Part shown: piece by piece, positions 9,743-18,490 of the stretch | Layout: each line of letters begins with the position of its first letter | Position numbering within the stretch: position 1 is the stretch's first letter | Origin: an uncultured virus (IMG/VR IMGVR_UViG_3300025687_000023) | Taxonomy: Duplodnaviria; Heunggongvirae; Uroviricota; Caudoviricetes | Direction: 5' to 3' (one strand) | Virus record (IMG/VR): IMGVR_UViG_3300025687_000023 | DNA length: 64,000 nt | Notes under the pieces: generated by a model | Database searches by the model: none | What the model saw: the letters and a program-made list of their open reading frames with translations, nothing else | What the model was told of the DNA's origin: nothing | Translations under genes and position numbers: made by a program

Positions 9743-11704
9743 ATGCCCAAATACAAAAAGTCGCCTTACAATCCTCAATCGGATCTATTCAAGGCTCTTA
9801 CAAAATTGTTTTCTGGACCGATAACCCAGAGAAGAACACAAACAGGTCGTCAATTACGAAGACGGCAATTGGACAACTATGCTACAAAGTTTCAATCAGC
9901 ATCGGGCGCTCAGTTTAAAAAATGGGAATACAACCCAATAAACTCTGTTACTCTTAACATGATTTCAAACAGAAACAGAGCAGAGCGTTATGTTGACTTT
10001 GATGAAATGGAATATATGCCAGAAATAGCATCGTCCTTAGACATTTATGCTGATGAAATGACAACTCATACAGCTCTTCGTCCAATGCTAAATATCAAAT
10101 GTGCTAACGAAGAAATAAAACACATCCTCCATAATTTATATCATAATGTTCTTAACATTGAGCACAACCTTTTTGGTTGGGCAAGAACAATGTGTAAATA
10201 CGGTGACTTCTTTCTTTATCTTGATATTGATGAAGATATGGGAATTCGATCTGCTATTGGTCTTCCAACAAGAGAGATTGAACGTCTTGAAGGAGAAGAT
10301 CAAGGAAATCCAAACTACGTTCAATACCAATGGAACACAGCTGGACTAACTCTGGAGAATTGGCAAGTTGCTCACTTTAGAATTCTTGGTAATGATAAGC
10401 ATGCTCCTTATGGAACATCAGTTCTTGAACCTGCAAGACGAATCCATCGTCAACTTATTCTTTTAGAAGATGCTATGATGGCTTATCGTATTGTTCGTGC
10501 TCCTGAGCGTCGGTTGTTTAAGATTGACGTTGGTGGTATTCCTCCACAAGAAGTTGAACAATACATGCAAAAAGTTATGACCCAATTGAAACGACATTCT
10601 GTTGTTGACCCAACAACCGGTCGTGTTGATTTACGTTACAACCCTTTGTCAATTGAAGAAGATTATTATATTCCAATTCGTGGAGGTCAATCTTCAACAG
10701 ACATTACCTCGCTTCCTGGCGCTTCCTATAATGGTGGTATTGATGATGTTAAGTATCTTAGAGATAAGTTATTTGCTGCTTTAAAGATTCCCCAATCTTA
10801 TTTAACAATGGGTGAAGGTGCCTCTGAGGATAAAACCACATTGGCTCAAAAAGATATTCGTTTCGCCAGAACTATTCAAAGATTACAACGTGTAGCAATA
10901 GCAGAGCTAGAAAAGATTGGAATCATTCATCTTTATACTCTTGGTTATAGAAATGATGACCTATTAGCTTTCACACTTCAACTAAACAACCCATCAAAGA
11001 TTGCTGAGCTTCAAGAACTTGAACACTGGGATAAAAAATTCTCTGTTGCTGGAAATGCAACAGAAGGATATTTCTCAAAACGCTGGATTGCGGAACACCT
11101 TTTCGGAATGTCAGAAGATGAATTTCTTCGTAACCAAAGAGAAATGTTCTTTGATAAAAAGTTCATGGCTAAACTTGAAGCTGCCGCATCTGGTGGAGAA
11201 GGTGGTGAAGACGCTGGTGGAGGAGGCGGTCTTGCCGGAGGTCTTGGAGACCTAGGCGGTGGCAGTGGAGACCTTGGAGGTGACCTAGGCGGTGGAGGTG
11301 AAGATTTAGGAGGTGACTTAGGTGACCTCGGCGGTGGAGACACCGGTGGAGGAGATGTCGGCGGCGACAAAGGGGGTGATACCGATCTGCTCGCCGAACC
11401 CTCTGCGAAACGTGATGACTCGCCTCCGTATGTCGATATTCCATCTAAACGTGGTCCATACAAATCGCACCAATCTTCCTATGATAAAGGCGGCATGAAG
11501 AAATCCATGCTTGGCTCAACAGGAATCGAAACCTCTCGGTCAACATCTCGCAACCTTTATAAAGGCTATGTTGGAAATGAATACTCACTATCTCAAGCAG
11601 CTGGTGGCTACTTAGAAGAAGAACAAAAATTAGAATCAGTATCTCGCGAAGTTGAGATGCTTATTGAATCTCTAAACAAAAAGGAAATTAAAGATGAAAC
11701 ATAA
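9743..11704 (+). CDS. gp20: Portal protein (T4 gp20-like) with Gly-rich C-terminal tail
   Basis: YGTSVLE, LLEDAMMAYRIVRAPERRLFKIDVG and EDYYIP motifs; follows terminase. Confidence 0.95.
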   Translation: MPKYKKSPYNPQSDLFKALTKLFSGPITQRRTQTGRQLRRRQLDNYATKFQSASGAQFKKWEYNPINSVTLNMISNRNRAERYVDFDEMEYMPEIASSLDIYADEMTTHTALRPMLNIKCANEEIKHILHNLYHNVLNIEHNLFGWARTMCKYGDFFLYLDIDEDMGIRSAIGLPTREIERLEGEDQGNPNYVQYQWNTAGLTLENWQVAHFRILGNDKHAPYGTSVLEPARRIHRQLILLEDAMMAYRIVRAPERRLFKIDVGGIPPQEVEQYMQKVMTQLKRHSVVDPTTGRVDLRYNPLSIEEDYYIPIRGGQSSTDITSLPGASYNGGIDDVKYLRDKLFAALKIPQSYLTMGEGASEDKTTLAQKDIRFARTIQRLQRVAIAELEKIGIIHLYTLGYRNDDLLAFTLQLNNPSKIAELQELEHWDKKFSVAGNATEGYFSKRWIAEHLFGMSEDEFLRNQREMFFDKKFMAKLEAAASGGEGGEDAGGGGGLAGGLGDLGGGSGDLGGDLGGGGEDLGGDLGDLGGGDTGGGDVGGDKGGDTDLLAEPSAKRDDSPPYVDIPSKRGPYKSHQSSYDKGGMKKSMLGSTGIETSRSTSRNLYKGYVGNEYSLSQAAGGYLEEEQKLESVSREVEMLIESLNKKEIKDET

Positions 11705-12488
11705 TAAGAAAAGAAATACCGCTTTTCTTTACGAATGCCTAATCAAAGAAATGACCAAGGCCGTTGTAAGAGGAGAGCTTCAAAAGAAACAACAAATTGT
11801 TGAGACACTTAAAAGATTTTTCTCAAAAGGAAAACCTCTTTACAACGATCTCCAATTGTACAAACAACTAATGGAACCTCAAAAACTTGAGGAATCTCTT
11901 GGTCTTCGTTATATGAAAGAAGTAAAAGGAGACTGGGAAGCCCTAGACAGAAAAGAAATCTTTAACGAACAAACTGAATTGATAAAAGAGTTCAATCAAA
12001 ATCTCCCAGAGGCATTTGGTAATTTTATTCCTAACTATAAATCAATTGCAACCGTGGGTCAATTTTTCCATTCTAATGGCCTCAAAGCAAAGACACGTTT
12101 GTTGATAGAGGAAGGAGTCAAAAGGCTTGTTATTTCGCATCCTCAAGCGATTAAAGAGGATAAAATGAAGCCTCTTGACAACCTTACATATAATACATTC
12201 GTTTCCAAATTTAATGACACATATAAAGAAACCCTTTTAAAAGAACAAAGAGAGTTATTAACCAACTTTATCACATCATTCTCCGATAATGGTTTGGGTC
12301 TTAAGATGTTTATGAATGAGGAACTGGGAAGATTAAAGAAAGAATGCGATCAACTATCCGAAAGCCAATGGTCAGATAAAATAAAACTAATTAAGGAAAA
12401 GATCGAAGGGTTTAAAGCAAAACCTTTGACCGAGGAAGTTGTAAAAGATGTTTTTCATATTCAACAATTATTAGCGGAGATCAAATAA
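11694..12488 (+). CDS. Hypothetical protein (MKHNKKRNT N-terminus), head module
   Basis: Long ORF overlapping the portal stop. Confidence 0.75.
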   Translation: MKHNKKRNTAFLYECLIKEMTKAVVRGELQKKQQIVETLKRFFSKGKPLYNDLQLYKQLMEPQKLEESLGLRYMKEVKGDWEALDRKEIFNEQTELIKEFNQNLPEAFGNFIPNYKSIATVGQFFHSNGLKAKTRLLIEEGVKRLVISHPQAIKEDKMKPLDNLTYNTFVSKFNDTYKETLLKEQRELLTNFITSFSDNGLGLKMFMNEELGRLKKECDQLSESQWSDKIKLIKEKIEGFKAKPLTEEVVKDVFHIQQLLAEIK

Positions 12489-13172
12489 ATGTATAGACCA
12501 CCACAAGATATTATAACAGACTTATTAAACGAAGACATTGGGATCGATATTCAAACGCCAACAGGTATCAACATTATGACCGAACCAGAAGAACGTGACT
12601 TGGATATAAAAATTCAAGGAGATAAAGACATTCATTTTACTGATCCTGGAATTGGAATAAAAATTGTCAATCCAAATGAAAGAACGACAAAATTTGAAAT
12701 GAACATTCGCAAAGCTCTTAATGGAGATCTCCTTGTATTTGATCATGCTGACATTGATATTGTTCTTATGGTTGAGAAGAAGAAGTTGGTTGCTTTTCCA
12801 AAAGACCTAATGTCTGAGGTTGTGTATGGTGCTGAAGCTCGTCTGATGGAATGGATGAGAAAGAACGGTATCATTGAGTATGATTCAATTCAAGGTGGTA
12901 ATGTTTATGGTTCTCTCGAAGGAAAGATTCACGAATCAAAAGAAAGAGATTCAATTAAATCAACCATCTATCAATTGTCTGAATGGATAAAGTCCGAAGC
13001 TCCATCGTCAAAGATGAAGAAAGGACACGACGATATGATGCAAGACGCTCAATTAGAGCCTGATCAAGAAAACTCAACAGAGTTGGGTGAAGTTCCTCAT
13101 GAAGAAGAAAAAGGCTCAATTTTACAACATAATTTATTTGCACCATATTTATATGGTCGTTACACATATTAG
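12489..13172 (+). CDS. Hypothetical protein
   Basis: 227-aa ORF with GGAG RBS. Confidence 0.7.
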   Translation: MYRPPQDIITDLLNEDIGIDIQTPTGINIMTEPEERDLDIKIQGDKDIHFTDPGIGIKIVNPNERTTKFEMNIRKALNGDLLVFDHADIDIVLMVEKKKLVAFPKDLMSEVVYGAEARLMEWMRKNGIIEYDSIQGGNVYGSLEGKIHESKERDSIKSTIYQLSEWIKSEAPSSKMKKGHDDMMQDAQLEPDQENSTELGEVPHEEEKGSILQHNLFAPYLYGRYTY

Positions 13173-13182
13173 GAGAAAATAA

Positions 13183-14394
13183 ATGAAAATAAGAATCATA
13201 AGAAGAAAACAATTAAACGAGGAGTTTTATTTCCAACAAGGTTTTGATCAAAATCAAAAACCGCCCGCTAATCCTTTGTCTATAGAATTGGTTAAAATTA
13301 TAGCTTCCAAACTCCCAGGAACAAAAAACGTTAATTATAATAAGATGAAACAAATAAAAGCATCAGGCGCCGAAGGAGTTGTAGTCTCTTTAGATGATAA
13401 AAGAGTTGTAAAATTGTTTCATGATGTAAGTAATGCGGCCAAAAATCTTCATCTGGTTTCTGCTAATGTTCCGGAAACAGCACAAGTTTATTCTATGGGA
13501 AAAATTATCCTTAACGATCCAGTGATTTATTATAAATTTGGATCTTCGCACAATCAAAGAACTCTTGCAAATCCAACAAAAGAATTGTACTATATTGTAA
13601 TGCAAAGAGTTGATCCTGATAGTTACATTTATCTTTATGTGGAACAAGAATGGGATAAGCTTAACAGGATTTCCAGACTTGATGCTCAATCGTTGAAGGA
13701 TATGTATAATTCCAACATTCCTTCTATTCAAAATAGAATTGAAAACATATATCAAGAGATAGTTAATGACCCTCAAACTTATGGTTTAAATGATGCGATA
13801 GTAAATAAAAGATCTAAAGGTGAATTACAAACTTTTGCTGATCTTATACAGAGCAAAAAAGACTTAGGAAGATTTGCACAAGCTTTTTCTAGTTACAGAA
13901 AAACCAAATCAAAAAGTTTTCTAATTTATACAAACTCACCTTCACAAGGTGGTGAAGGTTTTCCAGTAAGTTTAAAAAATCTTTTATTAAATGCAGTGGG
14001 AGCCAAAAACAACCTAAAAGATGCTGATAAGATTTTTGAGTATTTTAAATCTTTGCCAGACATGCAAAAAAGAGCTAAAAAAGTTCATCCATTAAAGAAA
14101 AACAAATCTGCTACTTTAGGAGAAGACTTGCAAGAAATAGCCGATCTCATAAAAGCTATCAGAGTAGACAGGGGTCTAGCTTGGAATGACATTCATCAAG
14201 AACAATTTGGAAGAAACCAAAGTGGTGATTTAATAGGATTGGATTTGGGAATCAAAGGAACACCTGAAGAGCTTGAGGCTGCTCCTGGAAAGTTCGAAGC
14301 AGCTAATGTTATAAGAGTTGCTACAAACTTTGATCAATCAGGACAACCCACTATGACTTTAGCAGAATCTAAAAAAGGTTTAAAAAAACGATAA
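13183..14394 (+). CDS. Protein kinase-like fold protein with MKIRII...LNE leader
   Basis: SGAEGVV Gly-loop, VVKLF lysine, IVMQRV hinge, NDIHQEQ catalytic loop, DLG metal motif. Confidence 0.65.
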   Translation: MKIRIIRRKQLNEEFYFQQGFDQNQKPPANPLSIELVKIIASKLPGTKNVNYNKMKQIKASGAEGVVVSLDDKRVVKLFHDVSNAAKNLHLVSANVPETAQVYSMGKIILNDPVIYYKFGSSHNQRTLANPTKELYYIVMQRVDPDSYIYLYVEQEWDKLNRISRLDAQSLKDMYNSNIPSIQNRIENIYQEIVNDPQTYGLNDAIVNKRSKGELQTFADLIQSKKDLGRFAQAFSSYRKTKSKSFLIYTNSPSQGGEGFPVSLKNLLLNAVGAKNNLKDADKIFEYFKSLPDMQKRAKKVHPLKKNKSATLGEDLQEIADLIKAIRVDRGLAWNDIHQEQFGRNQSGDLIGLDLGIKGTPEELEAAPGKFEAANVIRVATNFDQSGQPTMTLAESKKGLKKR

Positions 14395-14438
14395 ACCTTT
14401 TTAGTAAATCTCTCTAATTCTCAATAAGGATTTCAAAA

Positions 14439-15662
14439 GTGAAAATAAAAATAATTAAAAAATCAAACTTAAATGAGGCTCGATCTGGTGATAGAGAAGC
14501 TGGTGTTATCGTTAAAGGTGTAATAGACTTTTTAGCCTTCATGATAAAAGCTCAACATAAACAAATTATAAGCCGAAAAGATAAAGTTCCAGATGGCGAT
14601 CCAGCTGGTGAACTAACTGCTGATAATTTTGGACCATCTTTCTATTCAGAAAAAAATTTTAATATTTTTATGAACATGAGTATACCTAAAGATTTAAAAA
14701 ATTCAAAATATTTAAAACTCATAAAAAACTATAAATTAACTTTTAAACAATTAAGTGGTGGTAATAAAGATAAATTTGTTTTAGAATCTACTGGTGCTGG
14801 TTGGATGCCTGATCGTCAAACCTTAAAGATTGACTTTGAACATACAATAGGTTGGGATAAAACTAGCGAAGTGGATGCTAAAAATAGATCCAGGATTCAT
14901 ACAGTTGTACGTAAAAATTCAGTCAATTATAATCTTAGTGTACTAAACAATATCAAGACTACATTACAAGAAAATATTAGACACGAATTAGAACATGTAT
15001 TACAAGACACAAAAGGATCGGGTTTTAGTAAAACGCTTGATCGGTATGATAAAATAATAAAAGAAAAAGACCCATCAAAAAGACTAGAAATGATAATAAA
15101 AGAAAAAGACCCAACAAAAAAACTAGAAATGCTAAACAGCACCACAAAATCTATAGGAAAAAAAATTACAGATTTTTTCTATGATCTGATTACAAAGAAA
15201 GAAGAAGAAAAACCTGTTGAAAAAGAGTCTTATAAACAAGAATATGATAAAATTTTAAAAGAAAGTGTAGAAGATTTTAAAAAATTACTTAAAGGATATT
15301 TTGCTTCAACTGAAGCACAAAAATATATCCTATATTATTTACAACCAATTGAAGTAGAGGCATATGCAGTTGGTTTCACTAGAAAAGCAACACTATTAGC
15401 AGATAAAGAGTTAGCTAGTTTAAGAAAAAGTGGAAAAAAAGTAAATAGAAAAGATCTAATTAAAAAGCATTTTTCTTCTAGATTGAATGAGTATATAAAA
15501 ATAATGACTGATTATAACGACGATCTTTTTATAAAGTTAGCAAACCTAGGACTTGATGATGTAGATCTTGAAGAAAGCTGGGCCATAGCTTCAGACCTTA
15601 TAAATAAATTTGAAAACAATATCAGAAACTATGTCAATAAAAGATATGGATTTTTAAAATAG
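14439..15662 (+). CDS. Zincin-like metallopeptidase with MKIKII...LNE leader
   Basis: HELEH (HExxH) and downstream YYLQPIEVEAYA third-ligand-type motif. Confidence 0.6.
   Translation: MKIKIIKKSNLNEARSGDREAGVIVKGVIDFLAFMIKAQHKQIISRKDKVPDGDPAGELTADNFGPSFYSEKNFNIFMNMSIPKDLKNSKYLKLIKNYKLTFKQLSGGNKDKFVLESTGAGWMPDRQTLKIDFEHTIGWDKTSEVDAKNRSRIHTVVRKNSVNYNLSVLNNIKTTLQENIRHELEHVLQDTKGSGFSKTLDRYDKIIKEKDPSKRLEMIIKEKDPTKKLEMLNSTTKSIGKKITDFFYDLITKKEEEKPVEKESYKQEYDKILKESVEDFKKLLKGYFASTEAQKYILYYLQPIEVEAYAVGFTRKATLLADKELASLRKSGKKVNRKDLIKKHFSSRLNEYIKIMTDYNDDLFIKLANLGLDDVDLEESWAIASDLINKFENNIRNYVNKRYGFLK
15054..15131 (+). repeat. 39-bp in-frame tandem duplication (IIKEKDP[S/T]K[R/K]LEM x2)
   Basis: Two copies with 2 mismatches. 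Confidence 0.9.
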
Positions 15663-15669
15663 GAGCATA

Positions 15670-15984
15670 ATGCTTAACTTTATCCTTGCCGCTTATGGCT
15701 TGACTTTCATTCTTGTTCACGGCAAGATATTTGAAGACATTCGTCCACCAAAAGACTACACAAAGAAATGGAATACTCTTTTCCACTGTCCTCTGTGTGT
15801 TGGCTTTTGGGTTGGATGTTTTTTATTTTGCATTAACCGTTGGACGGAACTATTTACATTTGATTATACAATCGCTAATTTCTTTATTTGCGGTTGGATC
15901 TCAGCTGGGACATCTTATCTAATTTCTATGTTGGTTGATGATTTCGGCTTTCGCATTTCAAAAATTGGAGATAAAGATGAATAA
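15670..15984 (+). CDS. Small membrane protein with CPxCxGFW motif (DUF1360-like)
   Basis: Hydrophobic segments, CPLCVGFW. Confidence 0.6.
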   Translation: MLNFILAAYGLTFILVHGKIFEDIRPPKDYTKKWNTLFHCPLCVGFWVGCFLFCINRWTELFTFDYTIANFFICGWISAGTSYLISMLVDDFGFRISKIGDKDE

Positions 15985-16030
15985 AAAATGGATGCTACAA
16001 CCTGTAAGACGCTGTTGTTCAGGCAGTTGA
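15977..16030 (+). CDS. 17-aa peptide MNKKWMLQPVRRCCSGS
   Basis: GGAG RBS 6 nt upstream; overlaps previous stop; fills an otherwise empty gap. Confidence 0.5.
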   Translation: MNKKWMLQPVRRCCSGS

Positions 16031-16067
16031 CTCAAGCGGGTTGCGCCCGCATTTTATGGAGAAAGAA

Positions 16068-16787
16068 ATGAAAATAACAAATAAACAATTAAGACAAATC
16101 ATAAAAGAAGAGCTCAATCGTGTTTTAAGAGAAAACATGGGTTTAAAAATGTTCGTCCTTGTTGGTCCACCATCTGTTGGTAAATCAACTTGGATTAATA
16201 AAACTTTTGGCCAAAATAGACCTTACGTTATCAATAGAGATGATATAGTAGAAGATGTTGCCTCAGAATATGGCTGGACATATGATGACATGTTTGCAAC
16301 ACCACCACAGGACGCAGAAATTGGCAGTGTTGACCAAAAATACGGTGAAGTACAGAAGCCACCAAGTTGGATGACTTGGGCAAAATCAGTCTTTTCAACT
16401 GTTATGGAAGCAAATGGCAAAGTTCATAACTTATTTACACAGAGAGTGGCAGGTGCCGTAGATAGTGGTCAAGACATTGTAGTTGATATGACTAATATGA
16501 ACAAAAGAGCCAGATCTGGTGCTTTAAAAGCAATTGAAGGTTCAGAAGATCAATATGAAAAAATTGCTGTTGTTTTTGAATCTCAAGGAGCTGAAGAGTT
16601 TATTAAAGCCGTTGCTCAAAAAAGAGCAGAGGCTGCTGCAAGAATGGGTAAATCTAAAACAATTCCTCCTGCTGTTTTTGATAGAATGTTTGCATCATTT
16701 GAAGATGTAAGTATGGATGAAGGGTTTGATGAAATAGTGAGTGTGGATAATAGACAATTACTACAACAACTAGCTAGTGAGATATAA
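16068..16787 (+). CDS. P-loop kinase (AAA_33/polynucleotide kinase-like) with MKITNKQLRQIIKEEL leader
   Basis: GPPSVGKST Walker A, INRDD, VVDMTN; GGAG RBS before ATG 16068. Confidence 0.75.
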   Translation: MKITNKQLRQIIKEELNRVLRENMGLKMFVLVGPPSVGKSTWINKTFGQNRPYVINRDDIVEDVASEYGWTYDDMFATPPQDAEIGSVDQKYGEVQKPPSWMTWAKSVFSTVMEANGKVHNLFTQRVAGAVDSGQDIVVDMTNMNKRARSGALKAIEGSEDQYEKIAVVFESQGAEEFIKAVAQKRAEAAARMGKSKTIPPAVFDRMFASFEDVSMDEGFDEIVSVDNRQLLQQLASEI

Positions 16788-16788
16788 A

Positions 16789-17418
16789 ATGAGTAAACAA
16801 CTATTAACAGAATTCTTTGAACTATGTCCCGACGGACGTTGTCTTGATCGCTTGAGCGAGTCTCAAAAGCGTGAGGTAATCCAAGAGGGAGCTGTGTATC
16901 TTGTTGGTCGTATTCAAACTGCTGACAAAAAGAACGGAAACGGACGTGTTTATCCGATGAAAGTTCTTAAAAAAGAAGTAGACAATTACAAAAAGATTGT
17001 TGCTGATGGCAGAGCTACAGGCGAACTAGATCATCCTGATGATTCTGTTATAAACTTAAAAAATGTTTCACACATGATTACTGAATGCTGGTGGGAAGGA
17101 AAAGACGTTATGGGTAAGATCAAAGTTCTTGACACACCATCTGGTCGTATTCTCAAAGACTTAATCAACGCTGGTGTGAAGCTTGGTATCTCTTCACGAG
17201 GACTCGGTTCTGTTCGTGAATCAATGGGAGATACAGTTGTTGAGGAAGATTTCCAATTAATCTGTTTTGATATTGTTGCTGAACCTTCAACACCAAATGC
17301 TTATGTTTATCCAAAAAATAACCAATCAGGAATAAACAGAGGAGCAATGAAATTTAAAATTGCAGAAGGCAAAGAAAACAACATTGACCAACTATTTAAT
17401 AAGATCTTGAGGGACTAA
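16789..17418 (+). CDS. gp21: Prohead protease (T4 gp21-like)
   Basis: NGNGRVYP, GELDHP, GISSRGLGS and DIVAEPS motifs. Confidence 0.95.
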   Translation: MSKQLLTEFFELCPDGRCLDRLSESQKREVIQEGAVYLVGRIQTADKKNGNGRVYPMKVLKKEVDNYKKIVADGRATGELDHPDDSVINLKNVSHMITECWWEGKDVMGKIKVLDTPSGRILKDLINAGVKLGISSRGLGSVRESMGDTVVEEDFQLICFDIVAEPSTPNAYVYPKNNQSGINRGAMKFKIAEGKENNIDQLFNKILRD

Positions 17419-17837
17419 TGAATAAACAAGAATTAAAGAAAATCTTAAAACCATTAATAAAAGAGTGCATCAAAGAAGTAATCTTCGAAGACGGCACTCT
17501 TTCGTCAATTATAAGTGAAGTTGTTAAAGGAGTTGGCGAACCTATTGTTGAAACAAGACAAAGGTTTCCAAAAAAACAACAACCTCAATATGAAACAGAC
17601 GAACAAGCAAAAGCAAGATTATCTGAGAAAAGAAAGAAAATGATGGATGCAATAGGCAAAGATGCTTATAACGGAGTTAATCTGTTTGAAGGAACAACAC
17701 CAGCCCCAGCACCACAACAACAAGGTCAAGGAGCTCTTTCCGATGTTGACCCAAGAGACCCAGGAGTTGATATATCTTCAATCATGGGACAGTCTTCCCT
17801 TATATGGCAAAAAATGGCAGGTAAAAATGGCAAATAA
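17418..17837 (+). CDS. Hypothetical protein with leader-like N-terminus (LKPLIKECIKEVIFE)
   Basis: Own CTATTTA at 17392; amphipathic IKE repeats. Confidence 0.7.
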   Translation: MNKQELKKILKPLIKECIKEVIFEDGTLSSIISEVVKGVGEPIVETRQRFPKKQQPQYETDEQAKARLSEKRKKMMDAIGKDAYNGVNLFEGTTPAPAPQQQGQGALSDVDPRDPGVDISSIMGQSSLIWQKMAGKNGK

Positions 17838-18033
17838 TTATACTTATACTGTTCGTCCGAAAGACAACATTGAGAAAGTTATTAAGCGTTTCATTAAGAA
17901 ATGCAAAAAATTGGGCATAATTGACGAAGTTAAAGATCGTCAACATTACACAAAACCCTCTGAAAAGAAACGAAGAGCTAAAGAAAGAGCAATTCAACGT
18001 AGAAAGAAAGAAGAGAGAAAAGCAAGAAAATAA
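17827..18033 (+). CDS. rpsU: Phage-encoded ribosomal protein bS21
   Basis: NIEKVIKRFIKK...GIIDEVKDRQHYTKPSEKKRR bS21 pattern, 68 aa. Confidence 0.88.
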   Translation: MANNYTYTVRPKDNIEKVIKRFIKKCKKLGIIDEVKDRQHYTKPSEKKRRAKERAIQRRKKEERKARK

Positions 18034-18064
18034 ACTATTTACAATAGTTTTTAAGGAGTTAATA

Positions 18065-18481
18065 ATGTCAGTACATAGATATAACAATTTTGGAAGAACA
18101 AGACAATTAAAAAATATAGCAGGTGAGCATGAAGAAGAAGTAGCTGTAGTAGCAGTTACTGACTTGGACGCAGTAACAGATGGATATTCAACAGAAAGTC
18201 AAAGATTTCTTCATGTTTTAGTAATAGATAAAAATAATAGTACAAACCTTACTGTTACAGTTTATGGATACGCTCATGCTTTTGGAAAATGGTTTCCTAT
18301 AAACCAGCTAAATGGCTCTACTGCTGCCACTGTACAGGTTGCTGATAGTGCAACAGCTGAAGGTTCACAGAATGCAAGTCATAGAGAAATGGTAACATTT
18401 GAAATTGCAGGAATAGATAGAGTTGCATTCGTTGGAACCACTGCTGATGTCCGAGTTTTTGCTGCGTGTAGCACGTTTTAA
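18065..18481 (+). CDS. Hypothetical virion-associated protein
   Basis: AAGGAG RBS, CTATTTA at 18035, beta-rich sequence. Confidence 0.7.
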   Translation: MSVHRYNNFGRTRQLKNIAGEHEEEVAVVAVTDLDAVTDGYSTESQRFLHVLVIDKNNSTNLTVTVYGYAHAFGKWFPINQLNGSTAATVQVADSATAEGSQNASHREMVTFEIAGIDRVAFVGTTADVRVFAACSTF

Positions 18482-18490
18482 GAGGTATAA

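Noticed and set aside
11011..11463. Minus-strand Pro-rich ORF
   Set aside because: Antisense of the portal Gly-rich repeat
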